DNA from: Tubulanus polymorphus
Taxonomy: Eukaryota > Animalia > Nemertea
Assembly (NCBI RefSeq): GCF_964204645.1
Contig: NC_134033.1
Span: 13,648,655-13,712,654 of the forward strand
DNA length: 64,000 nt
Direction of reading: 5' to 3'
Position 1 is the first letter of the stretch. Each line of letters starts with the position of its first letter. The position numbers and the translations under genes are program-made. The notes beneath the pieces were generated by a model. It worked only from the letters and a program-made list of their open reading frames with translations, ran no database searches and was not told where the DNA came from. Below are positions 36,484 to 48,332 of the stretch, one piece after another.

Positions 36484-37765
36484 GATATACCGAGGATAGA
36501 TGATTATTTTACCCGTCCATGTGCCTTGCACTTCACACGAATAGTTTTATTCTCAAAGCTTGGAGTAGGGTATTCGAATTGTGACGGTCAGTCGCCCGAA
36601 TTCCGCAGATTCGAGATAAGCTTGTTCTGCAGTATAAGCATTTTACGACCAGACTGATGCTTTATGCCCATGTATATAACCAATCTAATAAATCTAGAAA
36701 AGATTATGAAGTGGCCTTATTAAGCACACTATTATGGACTTCAACTACTGTAGAAGTGTTGAAATGAGTTACCATTTGTAGATTGGCATTGTATTAGATT
36801 GGGATCTCTCTAATGAGAGGACTTTTACTAATTCTAATTAGGAAGGTGCCTACTACCTGTTCTGATGAAACTGGCAAATCGTTCTTAACCATCTTCAACC
36901 AATCACATTGCAGGATCGAGTTCCTCGACCGATCATGTTGCAGGATGAATGTGCCTGTATTTCAATTGATAGTACCTGGTAGTTTTGGATGATTTGTCGG
37001 TTAATGAACTGGGGGAAATTTGCCATACAGATCGCTTTTCGTGATCTATAATACTTAATGTGTGCTACTAGTCAAGGGAACATTCATATATCCTGTTTTG
37101 CAATCCCAATGTTTGGCCTTCAAAATGTCCAATCATGTATTTTCTAATATCTACAAATATTTGAGAACGCGTAGTATAGGTTTCGGACATCTCAGAAATT
37201 GCCAATCTCATGTACTTTGTGTGAGTGTTCCTTAACAGTTTTTGTGATCTGGAAATTATTTGGATGCAAACACTTCATTATTTAAAACAAATGTTGTTGT
37301 TGTTGTTATACTATTAATGTTAATGCTAATGTTAATGTATACCGGTTGAAATATAGTTTACTCAAAAAGAACAACTACATTGTAATAATGTTTAAATATT
37401 AATACTCAATATACATACATATATATCTATATAAATGTATTTCTAAAAAATGTATTTCAGTTCTTTCTTCTAAATTTACTTCGGAATTATTTATCCAATC
37501 GTCATATCACATGGTGGCTCGGTACACAGATGGAAATTTCAAAATCCTTGGCCCTACTCAGTGACAGTTTGTGATGAAATAGACCGTATTTATGGAGGTT
37601 GCCATATTGTTTATATTTTGATTAAGTCAGTTAATCATTAAATACTATCTACTCCAATTGGTATCAGCTGAAGAATGGGCCTGTTTTGGTGACTGACAAA
37701 CCATTATTTTGCATGAAATTTTTTAATTCTTATTAAGTTTTTTTTGCGTTTGCTATTATAAATAG

Positions 37766-37894
37766 ATGGCAATGGAGTCACGTGGGAAGTCGCGATCAGT
37801 CATACGAGAATACCCGACAAACGAGAGTCCTTTCACTATCGGCGCGGAGACGAACGAAACCAGGGACGACATCTGCTTCGGAAATACTACGTAA
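37766..37894 (+). CDS. GPCR alternative terminal exon 13b
   Basis: TAG acceptor, phase 0, MAMESRGKSRSVIREYPTNESPFTIGAETNETRDDICFGNTT*; homologous to exon 13a VALASRNEPSIIREYP.. Confidence 0.8.
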   Translation: MAMESRGKSRSVIREYPTNESPFTIGAETNETRDDICFGNTT

Positions 37895-40638
37895 AATCAG
37901 AGTATAAATTTTTACGGATTAAAAATCGAGCAAATCGTAAATAAGGTTGCATGTATCGCATAAATTTTAAAATTGTGTTCAAGTATTTTATGGTTTTAGA
38001 AACTAATATGGGCTGAACCCAGTCCAAATGAGCATGTGAGAGCTACTCAAGTATAGTTTCTCATCTCCTCGCTTTTCAGGGTTTGTTTGCCTCCTGCCAA
38101 AGCCAATCAGATGCTATATTGATAGCGCAAATCTCTGGGTGTAGAACAACGCATCTGATTGGCTTAATACATAGACTGGTGGGCGCTGAACAGTAACCTG
38201 TCTGCCCAAGAAATCTTGGCATAATAGACCAATGAAGGGGCTGTGACCAGAGTTTGTGTTGGCGTGAGGCAACCAAATGGCAAGAGGCAAGCGCGGATGA
38301 GTTTCTCAAAATTTATTGGGAAAAGAGTATAGTTTGTGGGCCAAATGATAAAAAGAAGATGTTTTGCTCAATAGATGTTGTCACAGTGTGAAGAACTACT
38401 TAAGAAGAAATAATTTTCAAAGCACAGATTTCTTTCTTTATCTAACAAAATGTAAATACTTACGTTGTTTACTTTCAGAGTTTTATGTACGTATCAATGA
38501 AATTCGGTTCTTGTATTTCATTTTATTTATTTTGTAAAAGGTTGATATAACGTTAGTTAATAAACGAGACTTCACATTCTTACATAGATGTTACAATGAT
38601 CAGCATGGATTAAATTGTGTCTTTTATATCTATTAATGAACTAATAATAATTGTATTTATTGTTAAATTATTTTCTTAAGATTTTTTCAATGTTTTGCTT
38701 TTCGTTCGCAGGATTTTCTTACAGGTCTGGAAAACTCAGGCAGTTCTGAATTTATTTTACCGTGCAAGGAATTTAAATTTTGGTTTGTTGTTCTTGCTGG
38801 TGATAGTGGCACAAGGATCCTCTTGATAAGAAACAGCCCCCACCGAGGGTATCTTATGATTCAATCGGGGTTCTTTTGGTCAAGGTCAGGGAAATATGAT
38901 AATATCGGGTTATCTGATGATCTGTAGACCTGTCTAAGGCAGAGTCAATCCTTCATGCATTACGATCTATAGCAGCAGGGAGTCGGGAGTGATAGCAGGT
39001 AATCTGAAGCCTGGGAAACTAGACAACCCCTTCTATTAGGCTAAATAAATTGATACCTTGTTACTCTTTTGTGCTGAGCTTAAAAGCATTGATTCAGTTT
39101 ACAAAATAAACCCGGTCCATTATGAGAAACAAGGTGTCGTTTTTTGGCCTTAAATACTGAAGACATCAATGTTCTGGATTCTTATGCAATCTGCCAGAAA
39201 ATTAACAAACCATAGAAAACAACATAATTACATTTCCAAAAAACCCATTTTTATTTTTCGCCATACATCATTAATAATACATACGCAGCAATATATATAT
39301 ATATATATCATGATTTTTTGTATATTATCAGTTATTTCACCACAAATAACGACAGAATTGAGAGAAAATGATAAATAAATGCACCAAAACCTACTGAACA
39401 TGAATACAATACGAGTACGGTAGACTTGTCTTTACTCAGTGCCAGTCATTGAATGGAATTTTACTAAGATATCTACAGTAAATACATGAATCATAGGTAA
39501 AAGGCTAGTTGTAGCTCAGCTGTTGTGTAAGAGATTCTAAAAAAAAAAATATTTTGTACATCTACTTGGTAAATATATGAGCACTACAGAAAAGTCATTG
39601 TGAAACGCATTATCTTTCCAAATTATCAACCAAAATCCCAGTTCCAACTGAAGACAGTTTTTCGAATGTATATTCGGCAATAGAAACAAAATGTGCTTAA
39701 CCAGGTCTCCAGTCGATTGACTGTGAAATACAGAGTCTTTGTTCTTTGTTAAAGATACAACATCATCAAATCCTAGCACAGTTCGTAGAAAAAAAAAAAA
39801 ATAGTTGAAGTTAAGCATCGACGAAAGAATACTGAATTATATTACAGAGAACACTCATGGCAAGGTCACAAAAGAGCAGTATAACACATATTAATCCGGG
39901 CCACATGGACCCTCACCCCTTCAGATATTTTATCAGACTTCAGGTACTTAGGTGTCTCCGTGTAGTGTATCATTTTTACCAAATTTTGACATGAAAAAAA
40001 AAAACAGGGTCCGATCTAAAAGCACTCATCTGATTGGCTGGGATAAGTCTTGTTAGGGCAAGTAGATTTTTGAGGGGGTAAGTGGCTTTTATTCTTTAGA
40101 TCGGACACTTGAAAATGAATGTGAAATTATTGTGATTTTGATATTTTTGGTAGTAGTTGAGCTAAGAGTAGTAACTTCTTTCAAATAGTAGTGGTAGTCT
40201 GATCTGTGGTGCTTTGACGCAAAAAGAACGAGGTCAAATGAACGGACCTAAAATGACAGATTTCATACTAAATGGTGAAAGCTAGATATAGGGTGGCTCC
40301 AGACCGCATAGACCCAACAACCACTGGCAGGTGAGCGCACAGTTATTGTTCTTTTGACTAGTTTAAACACATGGTCACACATAAACGTCTCGCGAAAAAG
40401 AAATTCATATCTTTGAGATCGTACACGCAATATATATTATAAACGTATCTTATAAAAAAAATTCACTGCCAAATTTCCAGAGAAAGGAACAACAAAACGT
40501 CACTGTGGTACACTGAGTTAACATGTAATAGGGCTGACTATGATTTGAGTTTGACTGACCAGCAGACTGTCCATCGAACCCAGGCTGCACACCGCTGCAG
40601 GTTGGACTGACCGCTGAACTTGTAACGGATGTTCTCAC

Positions 40639-43600
40639 CTATCCTAAACCGTGATCCTCGAAGAATCCTTGCGGTGTTTCTTCCTGTAAAGAAAAAAAAA
40701 CAATTTTCATGTCAGTCGTTATAAAAAAATTGTACGAAAGATCTTTTCGCGATCGAACAAAAAAGGCAGTTATAGAAGTTATTTCGATCGGGTCAATTAG
40801 CCGATGGATTTTTAAACGGAAGAAGGGTGTTAGTCAGAGTTCATAGTGTCCATGACCAACCTAAGCATTTAATGACCTTTTATCTTAAGATCTGCATATA
40901 ATAGCTAATGACAGATACTATTCGAGGACCATGACAATGATTCAAGGATTTTAGAGCCTATTCCATGATGGCCTCGAATTGACGCATTTTCATTTCAAAA
41001 CTTTTAAAGGACTGCTATGAACCCTGGGTAGTAACCACTGAAATATTTCTAATTTTGATTAACTTTTAAGTTCAGTTTCATTGGGAGTTTTACTTTCCAG
41101 CTACTGTACATGTACAATGAATGTAATAGTTGATTTTCATTCATTTTATCGAACAACATCATTATTACGACGATAACTGGTAGCGGACTATACATAAACA
41201 CGCAATAAAGTGTGCCGAACGAGGAAGTCCTAATAACTGTAAGTTACAAATCAAGTCCACCGCCCGAAAAAGGATAAATAAAAACAAATTCTACCGAGAG
41301 ATGAAAGCTTTTGTGAGGAAAAAAGATATCATCAATGCACAGCTAACCTAACTAAGATTTTGATAAAAAATGAACTAGGCCCACGATCTACAAATTCTAC
41401 ATATTGATGACATTTTTCTCCAATATGACCTTCTACGGACATAAAAAAAAATTTCTCAACAAAATTGATGTTACAACACAGGGCACATAGGACTTGATGT
41501 CATATCATGAAGTCTCATTGCAGCACATAGTAGGGTCACAAACAAACATAACAAGAGGGACACACAGGGTGACCACAAACCACCCACTTGCAAATTCCCT
41601 GTGTTTTCCCTATGAAAAGTTGATTTTCCCTGTGCTGGGCGTCATATGGAGACCATGACAAATATAAAATTAAAGACAAGCAGCCTATCGTCTGATATAG
41701 CTCAGCTGTGATTTTACAAATTTGTTAGAAAGTGGCGCTATAACTTTGTATTACTTACCGTATGATCCTTGATATATAATCAGGTAGACAATTGTAAACA
41801 TTCGCGGTGAAAACGCGCGTGCGAGACGAAAGTAATTTCGCAATGTGTTTTCCAGATTTTTACCAATTTCCCTGTGTTTTCCCTGAGAAAAATCATTTCC
41901 CTGTGTTTTCCCTGTTTTCCAGATTCGTGGTCACCCTGATCAGTATCTCCTAGTTTCTATGATTATAAATTTTCTCCTCTCATTTTGGTTAAAAATAATT
42001 CAGATATAAACAGAACAGAACAGAAATAACCAAGAGAAAACATTTTCACTTTGTCGCAACTGAAAACGAGTGCCACTGCAACGTAACGTCTAAAAAAAAC
42101 AAAATTACCACCGATCGAACGAAACGCCCCCTGGTGTCGTTACATTAAACCGTATTCGCTGAGGACTTCCATTAAGGCCTCGTCCTTGTTTTTTTTTGTC
42201 AGACAAGCGACGATGTTTTAGTGAACGAAGAAAAAAAGAAAGTACGAATAAAAACCAACGAAATGAAAAGTAACGAATACTCGCATAAAAGAATGAAGAC
42301 AAAAAATGAAAATAGAGTCTAGTCGGTTACAAGTGAAAATAGCGCTAAATACAGTTTAAGTCGTTTTATAATGTCACGGTTGGGACCAATTAAACTTGCG
42401 GTGTTATAAGTAACAAATTTGGCAGCCTTATAAAGAATGGTATTTTCATTGAATTTGAGTACGATTGAGCAAATTCCTTCTCGGAAAAATGTTGACGTTA
42501 AGCGAGCAGTGGTATTAAAATGGATGGGAACGTTATAACGGACTTTCACTGTAATGTCACTCAACCTCACTAGAATCATAACTTTTACATAAATCCATGC
42601 ACATTTTTCATCCTGCAGGGTTCTAACAGGTCAGAGGCGGGGATCCTGATTTTCCCTGACCCACGACGAACAGTTCCTGATTAAACCGATAATGCCACTT
42701 AACCTCACCAGAATTCGTACGTGTGCATGGATACATGCATAATTTTTCTATCCTATTTTCAAAAGGGTTATTACAGAGATCAGCGGGAATCCACCGACCC
42801 ATGATGCAAAATTCCCCGTTTTAACTCAGATGATCTCGCTACTTGTATCATTAAAAACTTTGAAATGAGCTCGAAAACATTTCCATACTGCATTAAAGTG
42901 TATCTCGTAAGGTAAACCAACACCTTAGTTTGAACTATGTGAAAAATGTGCTCGGGGAAGTTGGTTTGGCGGTGGCCATTGTTGGGGCGTAAAGTTGACA
43001 TCAAAAGAGTTAATGTTGTTCATGCTTGTCGAGTAATGATATTAGTAATTTTCTAATCGTACCTCTTGTAGTAAATCTTGAGCGGCGATTGCTTTTAATA
43101 CGTTCTTTTTACTCGTCTCTTGAACTTCACCCCCGATTAATAACTCGTCCAACATGAAATACGCCTTCTCAAAATTGAAAATGATGTCCAACTCGCAAAC
43201 CTACAGAAGACAAAAATCAACAAGTTTTCATCTAAGATATCTATCCATTCGGGTGTATTACTTAAATAGGGATGCCAATAGTCATAATAATAATAATAAT
43301 AATAATAATATTTTCTTATATAGCGCGGCTATAAAATCTTAACCACTGCGCTTTACAATCTAAAACTAAAAGTACAAGTTAAAAATTAATCACCATAGGT
43401 GTTTAAAAAAAAAAAAGTTTTCAATCTGGATTTGAAGGCCGAGTCACATATATATATTTCAGTATATATTGTCATGTGTTCGAATACTTACACTTCCGAA
43501 GTATTTGTCCAACAGTTCGACGTATCTGTGAATGATTTCTAACGTCAAAAGTTCGTTATCTTCCACTTCAATCGCGCAGCAGAAATAAAGACTAGCGTAC

Positions 43601-44288
43601 CTATAGTTTTCAGCAATTAAATAAAATAAAATATCTTTAATTCGATCAGGTCTCCTAAACGATATCCCCTGTCGTCAGCACTGACTCTTACTCACCGTTT
43701 ATAAACTATTTTTAGATCTTTCCATTCGAGAAAACTGCACATTTTCGGTTTTCTCGATAGAATAGTCGTGATCAGCTCGCGCGCGATTTTCTTCTTGACT
43801 TTATCGGCGGTGGCGTTGTACCATTTCTGTAAACGGAGTTTACCCTGTCGACTAAACAGTAACATAAACTGCATCTGAAAAATACATACAATTATTAACA
43901 ATAATGGCAAATAACTATCCTATACATAGGCTACATTAAAACCCAAACCTTTTTTGAAATCAGTCAAAAACATAATATGGTAAATCTTGGACTTGGTGGT
44001 TGTTGCCTTGGAAGATGGCCCTTAACCTCTGTCCTCTGTGTCTCTCGACTTAGTGCCCCCAGGCAGCAGGACAATGCTTACTGGACTACCTATGTCCCAT
44101 CCATGGATAGCCTTACAACAACAGATGCAGAGGACGACCATGGAACTGACACTGACGACAGTGACACTTACTTACATTGTCATTACAGACACTGACACTG
44201 ACAGGTCGGCGAGACAATCGCCGTGGTGGAAAATGACCTTAAAAAACCGGTTTTATTAACTAAGAATTAGACTCAGGCATCTTACCAT
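40639..44288 (-). CDS. AP1S2: AP-1 complex subunit sigma
   Basis: Exons 44286-44288 (ATG), 43696-43874 ([25 protein letters not shown]), 43492-43600 ([17 protein letters not shown]), 43063-43200 ([20 protein letters not shown]), 40639-40683 ([14 protein letters not shown]). Most likely a single invertebrate co-orthologue of AP1S1/2/3, so the symbol is nominal. Confidence 0.95.
41565..41938. mobile_element. MITE with CAGGGTGACCAC / GTGGTCACCCTG TIRs
   Basis: Perfect 12-bp TIRs and subterminal TTCCCTGTGTTTTCCC repeats. Confidence 0.75.
42140..42184 (-). CDS. AP-1 sigma alternative terminal coding exon
   Basis: AAG|GAC GAG GCC TTA ATG GAA GTC CTC AGC GAA TAC GGT TTA ATG TAA = [14 protein letters not shown]. 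Same 45-nt length and phase as 40639-40683, with a long upstream pyrimidine tract. Confidence 0.72.
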   Translation of the reverse strand, partial: DEALMEVLSEYGLM

Positions 44289-44289
44289 A

Positions 44290-45030
44290 TTGTTGAATCA
44301 GCTGTAGAATCTATGCTCGTTATCCGTTAAAAATTACTGAATGGTTACAGACGATTTTCTTACAATAATTAGAGACGAATTCTTGAAAATTAATTGCGAA
44401 AATTATGCGGCTGTGAAAAACGTCATCAGTTTACGCGTTGGTAGTCCCTAAATCCTGGTTTCGGCTTCGTTCGCAAACATGATCGGAATATGAATCGGAA
44501 TATGAACCGGACGACTGGACTGTGAGTCGGACGTATTCTGAGGTAAGCAAATAACCCGTGATAGAACATGGCGGCCCGACACTGATCGAAACTATCGAGA
44601 TGGAATTGAAGGATCAAACTGGTTAGCGTTATGGTTTATCTTTTATTTCCATTCTGAACAGTTGAAAGTGCATTATATCACAAATTTACCGAGTTATTTT
44701 GTGCTGACAGTAATTTCGACTCATGATATTTCATGTCAAACAGGTCTACTAAATCAAATAAAAGATCATGGTCCCGGATCTGTTATTTGATTACATGTCA
44801 TGGATATAGTTACCTAATCAATCGTCAGATCGTTGGTGGTAAGCTTTTTATAATCGGATGGGCTTACCAACGTGAAAATATCCGATCGTGAAACAAAACC
44901 ACAGTCAGGTTACTGACTAATCCATAGACAGGCTACACTGTCACTACTTAAAGATTTTTCAAGACCGTCTGTTGTTTTAACAAGTTTGAATAGTTAGGAT
45001 TGAAATATTTGATGATTACTGTTTTACAGA
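44290..45030. promoter_or_regulatory. Probable bidirectional promoter / 5' UTR region between AP-1 sigma and ASCC1
   Basis: Head-to-head start codons ~745 bp apart; CpG-rich core at 44400-44620 with a YY1-like AACATGGCGGC motif. Confidence 0.55.
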
Positions 45031-45031
45031 T

Positions 45032-47768
45032 ATGGATGTGCTTAAGCCATCATTGATATGGCTTCAGGGACGCTGTTATAGAAAAGATTTCATCACAAAA
45101 GATGATAATGAATATGTTGATGATATGGGCAAAAACTATGAAGGTTCGTACAGGCTCTAAATGGCTTCTCTTCTAGATTTTAGAAATCACTCTAAAAGGA
45201 TACTTTAGGAAATACTTGTGGAGGTTACGTTAAAGTTGTGAAATATTTCGTTTCAGAATGTGATATGTACGAGGATGAGTCATGTGACAGCTGTCTGCCG
45301 ATTGTTGAAAGCGATTCCGGTTTTAAACTATCGTTGAACGTGCCTAGCGCGTATTTCAAATTCATCATCGGCAAAAAAGGCGAAACTCTACGAAGACTCG
45401 AGCAGGAAACGCGTGCTCAAATACGTCTCCCACGACAGGGAGATGATGGTCCTATAGGTAAGCCACCTATATATGTATTATGTTTCATCAAACGTTTAGC
45501 TACCGATTCAAAACCCCATCTCCTTTGTCTAAAGCACCTTATGGTATAACCCCCTCCCATTTCTGTAGTTAGACACAGGCCAAAAGTTTTTCCCTAGCGT
45601 TCACTTATTGTCGACACATTCTAACCCCCTACACTGTTTTACTCCGGATTCTGGTTTAGTCCCATTTCAACAGCTGTTTTGTTTGAATCTATTGTTGGAT
45701 AAATGAAAATGTCAGGGTAGCCACTTAACCTGGAAAAAGCCCAGGGAATCAGAAAAATCAGGGAAAACTATGGGAATTTGACAAATTTTTACAAAAAACC
45801 TGGAAGACACTGGTAATCTTTTGTTATCACATGGAAACATCAGGTAAAACTCAGCGGATTTGTAAATGGGCAGTGAATATGCTTATTTTGAGTCAAATAA
45901 CTCATGAATGATAAATTGGTTGTGTGGCAAAAGTAAAAAATCTGAAATATTGTGTCTGCATCTGATCTGAATACTTTTATTTCTGAATATTGTTTTATTT
46001 CAGTAATCAGCAGTCGTGAGAGGAAGGGCGTTATATCGGCGAATACAAGAATAGAATTATTGATTGATTCGGCTCGAACTAAGATTCCTTTCACTCATTT
46101 CATATCGATTCCGATCACTGCACGAAATATTCAGGATCATTTCATCGATTTCAAAAACGACGTTCTGAGGAGTTGTGACGGCGTAAGTTCACATGATCTA
46201 TCAACGTATAAACCTTTAACCCTTTCAGTGCTGACTAATCAATACCCTATAGTGCTGGAGATAATTTGAAAACTTTTAAAGATTCCACCCTAGTGTGTTG
46301 AATAACGGGAATACCACTATAGTGCATCTACACCGCGGTGCAGTGTATCGTTAGTTACTAATATTTCACTATGTTTGACAGGTGCTGCTATCTTTCAATA
46401 GAGATAAAAACTAATTCCATATTACATCAATACACCGCAGTGCGGTGTACTAGCAAAATACATCACCGATTCATACACCGGACTGCGGTGTAGACACACT
46501 GAAAGGGTTAATAGTTAATTAACCCTTTACCTACCAACCCCTATTTCTGTTGTCCAATTAGTATACGTCAGACTCCCATGGCAAAGATATGCGATTTTTA
46601 AGCATTTCTCAAACGGGTTTTCGGAGAAATTTTCTGAACGATTGTCATCTTACTTCTCAGGATCGAGGATTAGATATTAGTTTGTTCCAAAACCCGACCA
46701 AACTTCACCTGACCTTGGGCACGTTAGTCTTACTCGACGACGATGAAGTTCGTAAAGCAACTGACGTGTTGCTGTCGCTGAAAGAAAAAATAATCGAGTA
46801 AGTTATTCATATTTGAATCGTTTAAAAAGACACCTTCCTCAAAAGAATTAATTTCAGTTCAAATTATTAATTTCAGTCCAGTTTTAAATGGTCGACCGTT
46901 GATGGTATTTGTAAATGGATTGGAGTATATGAATGATGACCCGAATGAGGTCGATGTACTTTATGCTAAAGTTGAAATAGCTGATGGATCTGATCGGTAA
47001 TTGTCGGGGAGCTAGATTTTTGCGATATTTCGAATTTTATAAATTTGTTGAACGTCTTTGTTCTCTATTTGTATCGTCAAGGTTACAGATGTTAACGGAT
47101 CGTATTGTTGATAGTTTCGTAACGGCCGGACTCGTGCAGCGGGAGTTCGACCGGTTGAAGCTGCACGCGACTGTGATGAACACGCTGTTCCGTAAAGACC
47201 CGTCCGGCGCCAGTAGCGTACGCGTCGAGAAAAAACCGCGCGAGTCGTTCGATGCATCAAACGTTCTCCGGGTGAGTCGATATACAAAACAAATTAGCCA
47301 GGGGCGCATCCAAGGGGAGGGAGCAGGGGGTGCACCCTATTTAAAATGTCGGTGCCCTGACATCTTACGCCGAAAAGGGAAATATTAAAGTGATAACTAT
47401 AAAGTCTTAATTCATAAGCTTGTTCTCTGTATTTCCAAAAACTGAGTAATTGTTTTCCCACAAGCTTTCTTTCGGAGTGCTTTATGGTCTATATGATCCT
47501 TCTTTATATAAGGTCATCCTTGGTTTGAATACTTTAAAGTTTGACATAATACATATATATATTGTCTGAGAACCACGGATTGACAAATTTTCAAATTCAA
47601 ATAACATGATGCTAACAATCTTTATTTTCTTTTTCTTTGTATCTATTTTAGTTGTTCGGTGATTATGATTTCAATATGTTGAAAATCGGTGAAGTGCATT
47701 TATCGGAACGTTACTCAACAGGGGATGACGGTTACTATAAACCTGCTGCTAAGGTTTACTTACCTTGA
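45032..47768 (+). CDS. ASCC1: Activating signal cointegrator 1 complex subunit 1 (KH + 2H phosphoesterase)
   Basis: Exons 45032-45143 (MDVLKPSLIWLQGRCYRK), 45257-45457 (KH: FIIGKKGETLRRLE), 46004-46182 (PFTHFISIP), 46661-46797 (KLHLTLG), 46877-46996 (LEYMNDDP..VLYAK), 47082-47271 (KLHATVMNT), 47652-47768. Confidence 0.95.
46220..46507. mobile_element. piggyBac-type MITE
   Basis: TTAA|CCCTTTCAGTG ... CACTGAAAGGG|TTAA. Confidence 0.88.
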
Positions 47769-48199
47769 ACCTCTGGGATAACTACGAGGAGGACAAAGAT
47801 TGTGTGAGGTTAACAAAACTATGTTATGGTGACAAAACTCTGTAATGGTGGAAATCGGTGGAAGATGTTTAAACTCTTTGGGTCGGCAGTCATGAGTTCT
47901 CTCCACTTCTAAAACTGCTTCATCAATGATGAAAATGAACTGAATTTTTAATCCATACTCGTTATCTTTCTCAAATGTAAACCATGAGTGCTGTTATGGT
48001 ATTAAGATATATATTTTGTTATTTCTTGAAAATAATCACAACCGTTGATATCGAATTGACCGCGTCACCAGTTTCATCTGAATTCATGTAAAAAATGATA
48101 TCTTCTGATCAGAGGACTACGGGGCGGCCACTTACCTGGAAAACTCAGGGAATCGGAAAAATCTAGAAAAAGTCGGGGAACTTGACAAATTTTACCAAA

Positions 48200-48332
48200 A
48201 TTTGATGATCTCCAGTGACAGTTCGAAAAGTCGTGTCATTTTAATTTTCGATTGAATAAATTCTTGATTTTTAAAATCTGTATGTAGTGGGTTTTTATCT
48301 TATTATCTGTTCTCCACGTCAGAGGAGTGTGT
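48200..48332 (+). mobile_element. Degenerate Penelope pLTR fragment (decayed hammerhead); related fragment at 63870-64000 (minus)
   Basis: GATGATCTC..TCGAAAAGTCGTGTC..GATTGAATAAA..TAGTGGGTTTTTATCTTATTATC matches 7082-7197. Confidence 0.6.

Noticed and set aside
41759-41767. 9-nt microexon-like AAG|GATCATACG|GTAAGT in AP-1 sigma intron 4
   Set aside because: Lies inside a MITE and lacks a pyrimidine tract; cannot be supported without RNA-seq.
42319-42780. Additional AP-1 sigma terminal exons starting GAT GAA AAA / GAT AGA AAA
   Set aside because: Part of a local degenerate ~140-bp duplication; the translations do not resemble sigma C-termini.
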